A stretch of 64,000 nucleotides of DNA. Origin: an uncultured beta proteobacterium. Its GTDB lineage: Bacteria; Pseudomonadota; Gammaproteobacteria; Burkholderiales; JAEUMW01. The translations under genes and the position numbers were made by a program. The stretch spans positions 326,099-390,098 of the forward strand of contig CAVTGS010000012.1 in NCBI GenBank assembly GCA_963734295.1. The letters run 5' to 3'. Shown piece by piece: positions 42,977 to 56,493 of the stretch. The notes beneath the pieces are model-generated. The model had not been told where the DNA came from and did no database searches. It saw only the letters and a program-made list of their open reading frames with translations. How positions within the stretch are numbered: position 1 is the first letter of the stretch; each line of letters starts with the position of its first letter.

Positions 42977-44602
42977 CCTAAAAACGGCAAACGGCGATCT
43001 CGCCATTGTGTAACCTTTTGAGTGGGCGAGGGGAAGTTGCTATTGGGGGAGCCACCAAATGGGTGAAGCGAGAAAGCGCGGTGCTGCTGCGGTGCACGAG
43101 GCGCTGACAGTGCTGGGGGTCGAGGCGCTCGGAGGCCCAGTGCAGGTGCGCTGGAACCAGCGTGAAGCGGCGACACCGTTCGGTCAGATGGCGTATTTTG
43201 CGGAGTTTCTGAATCTCACGGGGTTGTACCGGCGCTGGGTCGAGAGTTGCCCGTTGCATTATGCGAGCCCGAACGGATCGCAGATTGGCGACGTGCTGGG
43301 GACGCTGTTCTTGTCGGTGCTCGCGGGGCACTGGCGCTATGCGCACATCGCGGCCCTGCGCGCTGACGCGGTCAGTGCGGGGTTGCTGGGGATGAAGGCC
43401 ATCGTCTCCGAAGACACGGTGCGCCGGGCGCTGAAGGCGCTCGATGAGGACGCAGCGGTGGGCTGGTTGCAGTCTCATCTGGATGCCAGTGTGCTGCCGC
43501 TGCTGGCCGCGCCGTGGGTGCTCGACACCGATGTGACGGTCAAGCCGCTGTACGGGAAGCAGGAAGGAGCGCTCATTGGCTACAACCCGCACAAGCCGGG
43601 GCGTCCCTCGCACGCCTACCACAGCTACCAGATGGCGGGGCTGCGACTGATGCTGTCGGTGACGGTGGCCGCGGGCAATCAAAGCCACGCCAACGCCACC
43701 CTGCCTGGACTGATCGAGTTGATCGAACGCTTGCCGCGCGAGAAGCGTCCGGCGCTGGTGCGCGGCGACTGCGGCCAGGGCGGCGAGCCGACGATGGCAG
43801 CGCTGGAAGCACGCGCGGTGCACTACTTGTTCAAGCTGCGTCTCACGAAGAACGTCAAGCGCTATATCGAGCGCAGCTTCGCCAGCGGGCAGTGGTGCGA
43901 TGCGGGGCAAGGCTGGCAAGCTCAGGAGGGAATGATCCAGCTCATGGGTTGGAGCCGAGCGCGGCGTATCGTGATTCTGCGTCGCCCGCTGCAGGGCGAC
44001 GTGCTGCTCAGCGATGAACAGCAACTGCGCCTGGCCTTCGTCGAGAAGGACGTCCCGGCCAAGGGCTACGAGTACGCCGTGCTGGTGACCGATCTTGCCT
44101 ACGACATGCTCGCCATCGCGCAGCTGTACCGCGACCGCGGCGATGCGGAGAACGCCTTCGACGAGTTGAAGAACCAGTGGGGCTGGGGCGGCTTCACCAC
44201 GCACGATCTGAAGCGTTGCCGCCTCACCGCCATGACCGTGGCGCTCGCCTACAACTGGTGGAGCCTGTTCGTGCGACTCGCCCACCCCGAGGGGCGCCTG
44301 GAGGCAATCACCAGCCGCCCGTTCCTGCTCTCGGCGATCGGGCGCATGACTTCCCATGCCGGACAGACTCACCTGTCGATCACGCCGATGCACGCAAAGG
44401 CAACCTACGCCCGAGCGCTGCTCACCGCGGTGAGCCAGCGGTTGCAGGGCTGGAAAAGATCTGCGGAGCAGTTGCCCATCATATCGGTGTGGCAGCGCGT
44501 GTGCGAGTTCATCGCCACTCACGTGACTGGATTCAACTGGCTCGCAGCGCGATCGGAACCCCGCTTGATGCACTGCACATAGAGGCAACTGCGGTTTTTA
44601 GG
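42977..44602 (+). mobile_element. IS element, IS1380-family-like (single DDE transposase)
   Basis: Terminal inverted repeats CCTAAAAACGGCA (42977-) and TGCGGTTTTTAGG (-44602). Flanking 5-bp direct repeat TTTAT (42972-42976 and 44603-44607). About 1.6 kb with CC ends, which fits IS1380. Confidence 0.6.
43059..44582 (+). CDS. DDE transposase (IS4/IS1380 superfamily)
   Basis: 507-aa ORF with LDTDVT, RGDCGQGG and YRDRGDAENAFDELKNQWGWGGF (Y-R-E-K-type C-terminal signature). Confidence 0.8.
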   Translation: MGEARKRGAAAVHEALTVLGVEALGGPVQVRWNQREAATPFGQMAYFAEFLNLTGLYRRWVESCPLHYASPNGSQIGDVLGTLFLSVLAGHWRYAHIAALRADAVSAGLLGMKAIVSEDTVRRALKALDEDAAVGWLQSHLDASVLPLLAAPWVLDTDVTVKPLYGKQEGALIGYNPHKPGRPSHAYHSYQMAGLRLMLSVTVAAGNQSHANATLPGLIELIERLPREKRPALVRGDCGQGGEPTMAALEARAVHYLFKLRLTKNVKRYIERSFASGQWCDAGQGWQAQEGMIQLMGWSRARRIVILRRPLQGDVLLSDEQQLRLAFVEKDVPAKGYEYAVLVTDLAYDMLAIAQLYRDRGDAENAFDELKNQWGWGGFTTHDLKRCRLTAMTVALAYNWWSLFVRLAHPEGRLEAITSRPFLLSAIGRMTSHAGQTHLSITPMHAKATYARALLTAVSQRLQGWKRSAEQLPIISVWQRVCEFIATHVTGFNWLAARSEPRLMHCT

Positions 44603-44777
44603 TTTATATGATTTTTGCGACTGACGGCGGCGGTCTGGTTGGCTTGCCCTTAAATGAAGCTCAGGCCCAGAATGGTCGGTATCTGGTGAACTTGCGCGAG
44701 GCACCCACACTCTTGTCGGGCTTGCTTAGCCCCGCGTCGAGACGCTTCGCAGGCAAGAGCGATGGCCTGTGACTTAC

Positions 44778-46549
44778 TCATGGCACTTCTTCTGGCGCAG
44801 CGGACTTGAAGAGATCCGTGAGCGCGTCGAGCTTTTGCCCAACCTCTCCATCGATGGTCGCAGGATCAACGCCGTCCACAAGTTCATGAAGGCTGCCCTT
44901 GCGCAACAACATGGGCGTATTGGTCTGCGCCGCCACCCGGCGGAAGAACTCTTCAGCGAAGTCGGACAGCTTGACCTGCCGCGTCGCTGTGTCCCAAATT
45001 AGCCGGCGCGCATCGACGGCGGCATTGCGCCAGGTATCGAAGTCGTGCGCACGGTTGCCGAACACGCGCTCCCGGACTAGCTCGTCGAGCACTTGATCGA
45101 CGACTGCATCGAACAGCGGCAACGCGAGCTTGTTCTTGGCATAGGCAGCCAAGAGTGTCGGAGTGACGAAATAGTTCTCCGCCTCGTAGCGCTGCCAGTA
45201 GCGGACACTCAAACCGCCTTCGTCAGCGTCCTGTCGATTCTTGCCGTCGTTATCGAGGACAGCGAGCCCCTTCAGACTGGGCAGGAGATTGCGCAACGCA
45301 AAGAAGTGCGCGCGTGGTGTGATGCCGAAGCCGCCCTCGACACGCTCAAGTTCGCTGTCAGTGTCAGCCAGCGGGTAATTGTCTTGCACGTAGAACGCGT
45401 TCATGCGTTCGTCCCAAATCGTGGCGACCGGGTGGTTAAGCCTTCGGGCGAGCGCCTGCAGCATGTCGAGGTCCGTGCCGCCTTCGACATACAGCACATA
45501 ACCGCGCTGCCTGGCGCGGACGTAGTGCTCGGCGCCGAAGTGCTTCAGCGCGTTCTTGATGTCTGCCTTCTGCGCCAAGTCGTCCGCCCGACCTTCAAGG
45601 AGTAGCACCAGGTTCGTATCGAGCGCCTCGTCGAGGATGACCTCCGAGTGCGTGGCCATGACGATCTGCGAGCCGCTTTCTCGCGCGACGTCGCGCAGCA
45701 GCACGTAGATCTGCCGCTGGCGGAGGATCTCCAGGTGCGCATCAGGCTCGTCGACGAGCACGATGCTGCCCCTGTGCGCATAGAGGTACGCGAGCACCAG
45801 CAGCATCTGCTGCAAGCCGCGACCTGCCTGTGAAAGATCGAAGGGCGTCTTGGCGCCTTCCTGCCGGTAGTCGAGCGTGACGGCGCCCCGTGTCGTCTCG
45901 GCCGGGTCGCCCAGGCGGATGCGGAACAGCCGATACATGAAGTCCCTGACCCGCTTCCAATCGTCGGGCGCATCTCGCGCGACCATCAGGCAAAGGTTAC
46001 GCAACACCTCCGCGGTCCGCCCCTGGCCCAGCAGCACGTCGATTCGGCCCGACTTCAAGATCGGCTCCTCGCTCTCCAGGCCGGACATCGGGTAGAGCAG
46101 CTCGGTCTTAATGGCGGCGGCCTGTGCGATGAGGGCCATGTCCTGCTTGGCGTCGTCGGCCGGATCGCAGTAGATCAAGTCGTCGCCGAAATTGCGAAAC
46201 GACATGGTTAACGGTTTGACGTCGCCGTGGACCCAAACTCCCGCCGTGAGGGTCATCGGGACATCCTTGTTGCCGGTACGCACCTTGGCCTGATGCCACA
46301 AGAGCCGCGTCCTCGGGATGGGTACTGCCGTCATCGCAAGGCGGTTGATGGCCGCCGCAGTACGGTCTCTGGCGCTGGACTTGGCACGCGCTTCGTGCCA
46401 GCTTTTCACTGCGAGCGACCATAGCGCGATGCCCTGGATCGCACTCGTCTTGCCACAGTTGTTAGGGCCGATCAGCACCGCGGGATGCCCCAGCGAGATG
46501 CGCTGCTTCTCACCGAAACGCTTGAAGTTCTCGATCTCGATGTACTCGA

Positions 46550-46556
<7 letters not shown>
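44778..46556 (-). CDS. Fused ABC-type ATPase (AAA_15/21-like) + DUF4435/Toprim-like domain protein (PARIS AriA-AriB-like fusion)
   Basis: 592-aa intact ORF with Walker A GPNNCGKT, signature-like LSQAGRGLQQ, Walker B IVLVDEPDAHL and ATHS. The C-terminus has YVLYVEGGTDLDML, LAVLDNDG and YEAENYF. Its start overlaps the hsdS stop by 7 nt. Confidence 0.7.
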
Positions 46557-49504
<2,948 letters not shown>

Positions 49505-49521
49505 TGCACGTCCTTTTGTGA

Positions 49522-50715
49522 TCACGCGGGCGCCTGCGCAGCCCCGCCCCCGGGCCCCGCATCGTTGAACAGCGCGATATAGGGCGCAAAGCGAAAGCGC
49601 CGGTTGCGCGCATAGCCCGTCATTTCGCTCAGCACGCCGAGCCTCACGAGCCGGGACACCAGGCTGTTTGCCGCTGCGTAGGTGGTGCCGGTCATCTTCT
49701 GCACGTCATTTACCGCGACGATCGGTCGGTCGAACAGCGATTCGAGCACCTTGTGGCCGCTACCCGCCGCGCGGCCGAGTTGCGCCGTGATCGCGGCGCG
49801 GTGCTGCTCGCGCAGGTGCAGGATGCGCCGCACCGTCTCCGCGGCCTCGCCGGCCACCCCGATCACACCACGCAGGAAGAAGCTTAGCCAGTCCTCCCAG
49901 GCGCCGCTGTCGCGTACCGCCTGCAAGTGCTCGTAGTACGTCTGCCGGTGCTGCTTGAAGAAATGCGACAGGTACAGCACCGGCTTGTGCAGCACGCCGC
50001 GCTCGGTGAGCAAGAAGGTGATCAGCAGCCGGCCAACGCGCCCGTTGCCGTCGAGGAACGGGTGAATCGTCTCGAACTGCACATGCGCGAGCGCGATTTT
50101 CACGAGCGGCGGCAGGTCGTCGGACGCGTGCAGGAACTTCTCCAGGTTCCCCAGCACGTCGGGCACCGCGTGGTGCGGCGGCGGCACAAAGGTCGCGCTA
50201 TTCAGCGTGCAGCCTGCCGGGCCGATCCAGTTCTGGCTCGTGCGCAGTTCACCGGGCTGAAGCCGGCCGCCGCGCACGCCGCGCATCAGCTCGGCGTGGA
50301 TCTCGCGGATCAGCCGCACCGACACCGGCAGTTCGGGCAGCCGTGCCAACCCGTGGTTCATTGCCCGCACGTAGTTGATCACCTCGCCCACGTCGCGCGG
50401 CAACCTCTGTTCGAAGAGCTGCGCCTCGGCCGCCAGCAGGTCTTGCAGCGAGCTTTGCGTGCCCTCGATCTGGCTGGAGAGCACCGCTTCCTTACGCACA
50501 TACATGAAGACGAAGAGGTCGGGGTTCGGCAGGGTGAGCACCGACCCGTCGAGCCGACCCAGCGCGCGGTCAGCGGCCGACAGCAGGCCCTGCAGCTCGC
50601 CGCCCAGTGCCAGCGCGGGCTGTGGCGGCAGCGGTGCCGGCATGAACGCCCGGTAGCCCGTGGGCTGGGTGATGTAGCGTCCCGCTCTGATCGAGGCTTC
50701 GCCGCCAGTTGCCAT
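49522..50715 (-). CDS. Fic/DOC family protein
   Basis: 397-aa ORF with the Fic motif [14 protein letters not shown], a Fic_N-like N-terminus and a C-terminal wHTH. It ends just upstream of hsdM. Confidence 0.85.
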   Translation of the reverse strand: MATGGEASIRAGRYITQPTGYRAFMPAPLPPQPALALGGELQGLLSAADRALGRLDGSVLTLPNPDLFVFMYVRKEAVLSSQIEGTQSSLQDLLAAEAQLFEQRLPRDVGEVINYVRAMNHGLARLPELPVSVRLIREIHAELMRGVRGGRLQPGELRTSQNWIGPAGCTLNSATFVPPPHHAVPDVLGNLEKFLHASDDLPPLVKIALAHVQFETIHPFLDGNGRVGRLLITFLLTERGVLHKPVLYLSHFFKQHRQTYYEHLQAVRDSGAWEDWLSFFLRGVIGVAGEAAETVRRILHLREQHRAAITAQLGRAAGSGHKVLESLFDRPIVAVNDVQKMTGTTYAAANSLVSRLVRLGVLSEMTGYARNRRFRFAPYIALFNDAGPGGGAAQAPA

Positions 50716-50936
50716 CCAGATCGCTGCCTTTCATACGGGATCAGAATCGCTCCATATGATAGTCAGCGTTTAACAAGAACGGAAGGCAGCCGCCTTGTTT
50801 TACTTTGCGGAGTCCCCTGGGGCCGCTTCGAGATCACGTTCCGGGGCGGGTCTGCGGCGGTGTTCTCGTAGTCGAGGCTCCCGGCGCAGGGCGGATCAGC
50901 CAGCACCAGCGTGTATCCGTCCTTGCAGGAAGGGCG

Positions 50937-51992
50937 CTAGATCGCCTCCGCGAGCGCCCGGCCCAGCTCCTGGGTGCTGGCCTTGCCGCCCAGGTCGGGC
51001 GTGTGAGGGCCGTTCGCGAGGACGGTTTCGATCGCTCCCATCACCGCTGCGGCGGCCTCGGGATGCCCGAGGTGTTCCAGCATCATCGCGCCCGACCAGA
51101 CCTGTCCGATGGGATTCGCGATATTGCGGCCGAAGATGTCTGGCGCGGAGCCGTGCACTGGCTCGAAGAGCGAGGGATACTCGCGCTCCGGATTGAGATT
51201 GGCCGACGGTGCGATCGCGATGGTGCCGGTGGTTCCGGGGCCGAGGTCCGAGAGGATGTCGCCGAAAAGATTGGATCCCACCACCACGTCGAACCAGTCG
51301 GGGTGCTGGACGAAGTGGGCGGAGAGGATGTCGATGTGGTACTGGTCGGTGCGCACGTCGGGGAAGTCTTGCGCCATCGCTGCGAAGCGCTCGTCCCAGA
51401 ACGGCATGGTGATGGCGATGCCGTTCGATTTGGTCGCGGAGGTGAGGTGCTTCTTCGGGCGCGAGCGGGCAAGCTCGAAGGCGTAGCGCAGGATGCGGTC
51501 GACGCCTTTTCGGGTGAAGGTGCTCTGCTGCACGACGACCTCGTCCTCGGTGCCTTCGTACATGCGACCGCCGACCGAGGAGTACTCGCCCTCGTTGTTC
51601 TCGCGCACCACCACGTAGTCGATGTCGCCGGGCGCGCGGTTCGCGAGCGGCGAGCGCAGGCCGGGGAAGAGGCGCACCGGACGCAGGCTCACGTACTGGC
51701 GGAAGCCGCGGCGCATCGGGATCAGCAGGCCCCACAGCGACACATGATCGGGCACGCCCGGGAAGCCGACGGCGCCGAAGTAGATCGCCTCGAAGGGGCG
51801 AAGCTGATCGAGCCCGTCCTCGGGCATCAGGCGGCCGGTCTTCGTGTAGTACTCGCAGCCCCAGGGGAACTCCACCCAGTCGCAACGGAAGCCGAATTTC
51901 CGGCCTGCGGCCTCCATCGCCCGGATGCCCTCGGGCATCACTTCGTTGCCGATTCCGTCTCCGGGAATCACCGCGATCCTGTGCGTCGTCAT
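50937..51992 (-). CDS. Tartrate dehydrogenase/decarboxylase (isocitrate/isopropylmalate dehydrogenase family)
   Basis: C-terminal 351 aa of ORF 50937..52244, from MTTHRIAVIPGDGIGNEV, with NLFGDILSDLG. Confidence 0.85.
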   Translation of the reverse strand: MTTHRIAVIPGDGIGNEVMPEGIRAMEAAGRKFGFRCDWVEFPWGCEYYTKTGRLMPEDGLDQLRPFEAIYFGAVGFPGVPDHVSLWGLLIPMRRGFRQYVSLRPVRLFPGLRSPLANRAPGDIDYVVVRENNEGEYSSVGGRMYEGTEDEVVVQQSTFTRKGVDRILRYAFELARSRPKKHLTSATKSNGIAITMPFWDERFAAMAQDFPDVRTDQYHIDILSAHFVQHPDWFDVVVGSNLFGDILSDLGPGTTGTIAIAPSANLNPEREYPSLFEPVHGSAPDIFGRNIANPIGQVWSGAMMLEHLGHPEAAAAVMGAIETVLANGPHTPDLGGKASTQELGRALAEAI

Positions 51993-52079
51993 GGTCGTGT
52001 CCTCCGCGCCGCGCAGCTGCGATGGTAACCGATCGCGTCGTCGAAGAACGCCTGCGTGCGTCGATGCGATAATGCGGCC

Positions 52080-53081
52080 ATGTCGGCCACGCTCCGTTCC
52101 GCCCACCGCCTGTGCACCGCTCCGATGATGGACTGGTCGGACCGGCATTGCCGGTACTTCTTCCGCCAGCTCGCTCCCCACGCGCGCCTCTACACGGAGA
52201 TGGTCACCACGGGCGCGCTCCTGCACGGCAATGCGGAACGCCACCTGCGGTTCGATGGCGCGGAGTCACCCGTGGCACTGCAGCTCGGGGGCAGCGAGCC
52301 GGCCGACCTCGCGCGCTGTGCCGAGCTCGGCGAGCGCTGGGGCTACGACGAGATCAACTTGAACTGCGGCTGCCCGTCGGAGCGGGTACTGAAAGGAGCG
52401 TTCGGCGCCTGCCTGATGCACGAGCCGGAACTGGTGGCGGATTGCGTGCGGGCGATGCGGGAGGTGGTGTCGCTGCCGGTGACGGTCAAGCACCGGCTCG
52501 GCGTCGACGACAGCGAGTCTTTCGACTTCGTGCGGCGGTTCGTCGAGACGGTCGCACGCGCGGGCTGCACGACCTTCATCGTGCATGCGCGCAATGCGAT
52601 CCTGAAGGGTCTGTCGCCGAAGGACAATCGCGCCGTGCCGCCGCTCAAGTACGACTACGTGTATCGACTGAAGGCGTCGTTCCCGGAGCTTTCGATCGTG
52701 CTGAACGGCGGCGTGGCGACACGGGCGGATATCGAGGCACACTTGCTCCGGGTGGACGGCGTCATGCTGGGGCGCGCGGCTTACCACGACGCCTATTTGC
52801 TCGCGGCGACGGATGCACGCCTCTACCGGGGCGTGGCGCCGACCCGCGCGGAGGTGGTGCGGGCGATGGCGGACTACGCTCGGCGCGAAACGCAGGAAGG
52901 CACGCCGCTTCGCGCGATCGTCCGGCACCTGCTCGGTCTGTATCAGGGCGAGCCGCGGGCCCGCGCCTGGCGCCGCTGCCTTTCGGATGCCTCGCGACTC
53001 GCCGAGAACCGGCCCGAGCTCCTGCTCGAAGCGCTCGCGCTGGTCGAGGGTGACGGGCGTGCCTGGTCAGAAGCCGCCTGA
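52080..53081 (+). CDS. dusA: tRNA-dihydrouridine(20/20a) synthase DusA
   Basis: ORF 52056..53081 with start at MSATLRSAHRLCTAPMMDWSDRHCRYF and INLNCGCPS. Confidence 0.9.
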   Translation: MSATLRSAHRLCTAPMMDWSDRHCRYFFRQLAPHARLYTEMVTTGALLHGNAERHLRFDGAESPVALQLGGSEPADLARCAELGERWGYDEINLNCGCPSERVLKGAFGACLMHEPELVADCVRAMREVVSLPVTVKHRLGVDDSESFDFVRRFVETVARAGCTTFIVHARNAILKGLSPKDNRAVPPLKYDYVYRLKASFPELSIVLNGGVATRADIEAHLLRVDGVMLGRAAYHDAYLLAATDARLYRGVAPTRAEVVRAMADYARRETQEGTPLRAIVRHLLGLYQGEPRARAWRRCLSDASRLAENRPELLLEALALVEGDGRAWSEAA

Positions 53082-53088
53082 CCGACCA

Positions 53089-53601
53089 TCAGGTGCGGCG
53101 GCGCAGCCGCTTGGCGTTGCTCGTCGCCTTCGCGTGCACGGGGCTCACGGCACCGTGGGCGATGCGCGGCAGCGTAGACAGGGCCCGATTGCCGGCCGCC
53201 ACCATCCCGTTCACGACCTTGGCAGGATTCGCGACGGCACGCGCCGAGCGGGCTGCCAACAGCGGATTGCATGCGCGCATGAGCAGCCACCATTGCTGCG
53301 AAGCGTTGCTCCCGATCTGCTGCTGGAATGCGACCGCCTCGCGGGCCGCATTGATCCAGGCTTGTGAAAAGGCGATCAACTTCTCCGTGCCCATGTTCGT
53401 GAATTCGCGCCGATCCGCCGCGCCGGGAAACGGTCCGGCGGCGACCATACGCGCGGTGCGCTGCGCGACGACCTGCGGTGCCGCGAGCATGGTTTCCCAG
53501 GTCTTCATGCCGACCTGCCACCACACCATGGTCGGGTAGGCGCGGACCAGCGCTCGGCTGTAACGCTGCAGATCGTCGCTGTTCCAGGGCAGAAATTGCA
53601 T
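53089..53601 (-). CDS. Hypothetical protein
   Basis: C-terminal 170 aa of ORF 53089..53733, from MQFLPWNSDDLQRY. Helical and Ala-rich; no family recognised. Confidence 0.4.
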   Translation of the reverse strand: MQFLPWNSDDLQRYSRALVRAYPTMVWWQVGMKTWETMLAAPQVVAQRTARMVAAGPFPGAADRREFTNMGTEKLIAFSQAWINAAREAVAFQQQIGSNASQQWWLLMRACNPLLAARSARAVANPAKVVNGMVAAGNRALSTLPRIAHGAVSPVHAKATSNAKRLRRRT

Positions 53602-53792
53602 GGGCGGTCTCCGAAGGGGGCACTCTGGACGGAGCCGACATTCTACGCGCGCCGTGACAGAATGACAGAAGTCTCTGCGGCGTTGCAGCAAGCCTCTACA
53701 CCGAGGCCGGAACAGCTGGGCGCTCGAGCCCAATTCCGCCCGCCACCGGCGGCGGCATATATAATCCGGGTCGATTCCCCGCTCGGTGCGCC

Positions 53793-54464
53793 GTGAAGAT
53801 TCTCGCCCTCGATACCTCCACGGAGTATTGCTCGGTCGCCCTGCTGCACGAAAGCGACGTCCTCTCGGACGAGGTGCGAGCCGGCCAGAAACACTCCGAG
53901 CTCTTGCTCCCCATGGTCGACCGGCTGCTCGCCGAGGCTGGCGTGCGCCTCGAGGATCTCGACGGCATCGCCTTCGGCGCCGGACCCGGGTCCTTCACTG
54001 GACTGCGCATCGCCTGCGCGGTGGCGCAAGGGCTCGCCTTCGGCACCGGTAAGCGCGTGGTGCCCGTGTCGACCCTGCTCGCAATGGCGGAGCGGAGCGG
54101 GGCGGCGCGCGTCGTCGCGGCGCTGGATGCGCGCATGAACGAGGTCTACCTGGGCGCCTATGTGCGCGAGGCGGACGCCTGGCGCACGGTGATCGAACCC
54201 TGCCTGCAGGCGCCGACCGCGGTGCCGGAGCTGCCGGGCGCGGGGTGGACCGCGGTCGGCAACGGTTTCGCGGTGTGCGACGGTGCGCTCGCCGATAGCT
54301 GTGGTGCCCGGCTGGCGCGGGTCGAGGTCCTCGTCCATCCGCAGGCGGCGGAGATGGCCCGCCTCGCGGCACCGCTCTTCGCGCGCGGTCTGGGTGTCGC
54401 GCCGGAAGAGGCGGTCCCCCTGTACGTGCGGGACAAGGTGGCGCTCAAGGTGGCCGAACGGTGA
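53793..54464 (+). CDS. tsaB: tRNA t6A biosynthesis protein TsaB
   Basis: 223-aa ORF MKILALDTSTEYCSVALL with GPGSFTGLRI. Confidence 0.9.
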   Translation: MKILALDTSTEYCSVALLHESDVLSDEVRAGQKHSELLLPMVDRLLAEAGVRLEDLDGIAFGAGPGSFTGLRIACAVAQGLAFGTGKRVVPVSTLLAMAERSGAARVVAALDARMNEVYLGAYVREADAWRTVIEPCLQAPTAVPELPGAGWTAVGNGFAVCDGALADSCGARLARVEVLVHPQAAEMARLAAPLFARGLGVAPEEAVPLYVRDKVALKVAER

Positions 54465-54922
54465 GCGCGCAGCTCAAGCCCGAGCCGCGGGTTTACGCCA
54501 TGCGGCCCGCGGATCTCGATCGGGTGGTCGCGATCGAGGAGACCCTCTACTCGCATCCGTGGACGCGCGGGAATTTTGCGGATTCCCTGAGCGCGGGCTA
54601 TCGCTGCCGGATACTCGAGCGCGACGGTGTGGTCATCGGCTACGGCATCCTGATGCCCGCGATCGACGAGGCGCATCTGCTGAACCTGAGCATCGCGGCG
54701 GAAGCGCAGCGGCGCGGCTACGGCAGAATGCTCCTCGCGCACTTCATGGGTCTCGCGCGCGACGCTGGCGCCCGCTCCATCTACCTCGAGGTGCGGCCGT
54801 CCAATGTCATCGCGCGCGATCTCTACCGGCACGACGGCTTTCGCGAGGTCGGCATCCGGCGCGGTTATTATCCGGCCCGCACGGGTCGCGAGGACGCGAT
54901 CGTCATGGAGCGCAAACTGTGA
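54461..54922 (+). CDS. rimI: Ribosomal-protein-alanine N-acetyltransferase RimI
   Basis: 153-aa GNAT ORF with 4-nt overlaps on both sides in the tsaB-rimI-udg arrangement. Confidence 0.85.
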   Translation: MSAQLKPEPRVYAMRPADLDRVVAIEETLYSHPWTRGNFADSLSAGYRCRILERDGVVIGYGILMPAIDEAHLLNLSIAAEAQRRGYGRMLLAHFMGLARDAGARSIYLEVRPSNVIARDLYRHDGFREVGIRRGYYPARTGREDAIVMERKL

Positions 54923-55673
54923 AGACGCGGCGCGAGTCGATCCTGGAGGAAATGGGGCTCACACCGATCTGGCGTCTGCGCCGGCGCGAAGAACCGGCCC
55001 CTGCGCCGGATGTCCCGCGCGTCGCTGCGACGGCAGTCGCCGGGTCGCCACCCGCCGCAGCAGTCGCGCCCGCCCCGCCCGGTGTGGATCGGCGTACGCG
55101 GATTCTCGGCCTGGACTGGCCTGCGCTCAAAGCCGAAGTCGCGGGCTGCACCGCGTGTCCGCTGCACGCGCAGCGCACCCAGACCGTGTTCGGCGTCGGC
55201 GACGAGCGGGCGGAATGGCTCTTCGTGGGCGAGGGCCCCGGGGCCGAGGAAGACGCACGCGGTGAGCCGTTCGTGGGGCAGGCCGGCAAGCTGCTCGACA
55301 ACATGCTGGCGGCGATCGGATTGCGGCGCGGCGAGAACGTCTACATCGCCAACGTGGTGAAGTGCCGCCCGCCCGGCAACCGCAATCCGGAACCCGCCGA
55401 GGCGGCAGCCTGCGAGCCCTTCCTCACGCGCCAGATCGCGCTCATCCGGCCCAAGCTCCTGATCGCGCTCGGGCGCGTGGCGGCGTGAACCTGCTCGCAC
55501 GCGACGCCACCATCGCGAGCCTGCGCGGCCGGCTGCACGACTATCGCGGCACCCCGCTGGTGGTCACCTATCATCCTGCCTATCTCCTGCGCAACCTGCC
55601 CGACAAGGCGAAGGCCTGGGAAGACCTGTGCTTCGCGCGCTCGGCGATGGCTCGACTGCGCGCGGACGGGTGA
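54919..55673 (+). pseudogene. Uracil-DNA glycosylase family 4, frameshift at about 55485
   Basis: GTG 54919. [24 protein letters not shown] ... ALGRVAA* (ORF 54283..55488 frame) continues as NLLARDATIASLRG..PLVVTYHPAYLLRN in ORF 55362..55673. Confidence 0.75.
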
Positions 55674-55841
55674 CGCATGTCCGCCTCGGTTTCGATTTCG
55701 ATCGTCACTCAAGGCCCATGCCCGCGACGGCTTGGGCAAGACCATCGATTTCGTGTACTGGAAGTTTCCGGCTACGGCGCGGCGCGTGATAACGCGCGAC
55801 AATGCCGTTACAATGCGCTCCCCTGCCCACGGAGGTTAGTC

Positions 55842-56486
55842 ATGATTAGAAGGCTTTGGCTCCTTGCCATCCTTGCATTCGTAACCCTGCTGCCCGGTTG
55901 CGGCTACAACCAGATCCAGACCGCCGACGAACAGGTCAAGGCGGCGTGGGGGGAGGTCCTCAACCAGTATCAGCGGCGCGCCGACCTGATTCCGAATCTC
56001 GTCAATACGGTGAAGGGTTTCGCCCAGCAGGAGCAGGAGGTCCTGACCAAGGTGGTCGAGGCCCGCGCCCGGGCGACCAGCATCCAGGCCACACCGGAGC
56101 TCGTGAACAATCCGGAGGCATTCGCGAAGTTCCAGGCCGCCCAAGGCGAGCTGACCGGAGCGCTATCGCGCCTGATGGTGGTGGTGGAAAACTATCCGCA
56201 GCTCAAGTCGGATCAGAACTTCCGCGATCTGCAGGCACAGCTGGAAGGCACCGAGAACCGCATCGCGGTCGCGCGTAACCGCTACATCAAGGCGGTGCAG
56301 GAGTTCAACAACGCGGTGCGTCAGTTCCCGACCAACCTCACGGCCATGATGTTCGGTTACAAGGTCAAGCCGACCTTCGCCGTGGAGAACGAAGCGGCGA
56401 TCGCGGCGCCGCCCAAGGTGGATTTCGGCAAGACCCCGCCGGCTCCGCCCGCCCCGCCTGCGGTTCCTGCGCCGGCGAGCAAGTAA
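55842..56486 (+). CDS. lemA: LemA family protein
   Basis: ORF 55677..56486 with start at MIRRLWLLAIL, lipobox LPGC, and NRYIKAVQEFNNAVRQFPTNL. Confidence 0.85.
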   Translation: MIRRLWLLAILAFVTLLPGCGYNQIQTADEQVKAAWGEVLNQYQRRADLIPNLVNTVKGFAQQEQEVLTKVVEARARATSIQATPELVNNPEAFAKFQAAQGELTGALSRLMVVVENYPQLKSDQNFRDLQAQLEGTENRIAVARNRYIKAVQEFNNAVRQFPTNLTAMMFGYKVKPTFAVENEAAIAAPPKVDFGKTPPAPPAPPAVPAPASK

Positions 56487-56493
56487 GGCGCGG

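Noticed and set aside
42978-44588. 536-aa minus-strand ORF opposite the IS1380-type transposase
   Set aside because: It is an antisense shadow ORF. The plus-strand frame carries DDE-transposase signatures.
42951-44657. 9-bp CTTAAATGA direct repeats as the target-site duplication of the IS (IS4-like)
   Set aside because: The repeats are 17 and 46 nt away from the inverted-repeat ends. A 5-bp TTTAT duplication abuts the CC...GG termini directly. A similar CTTAAAT(A/G) pair exists upstream of hsdR remnant B without an IS.
52080-53081. dusA 5' end as the integration site of the island
   Set aside because: dusA looks full-length with a normal N-terminus. It is separated from the island by tartrate dehydrogenase, and no dusA-type integrase is present.
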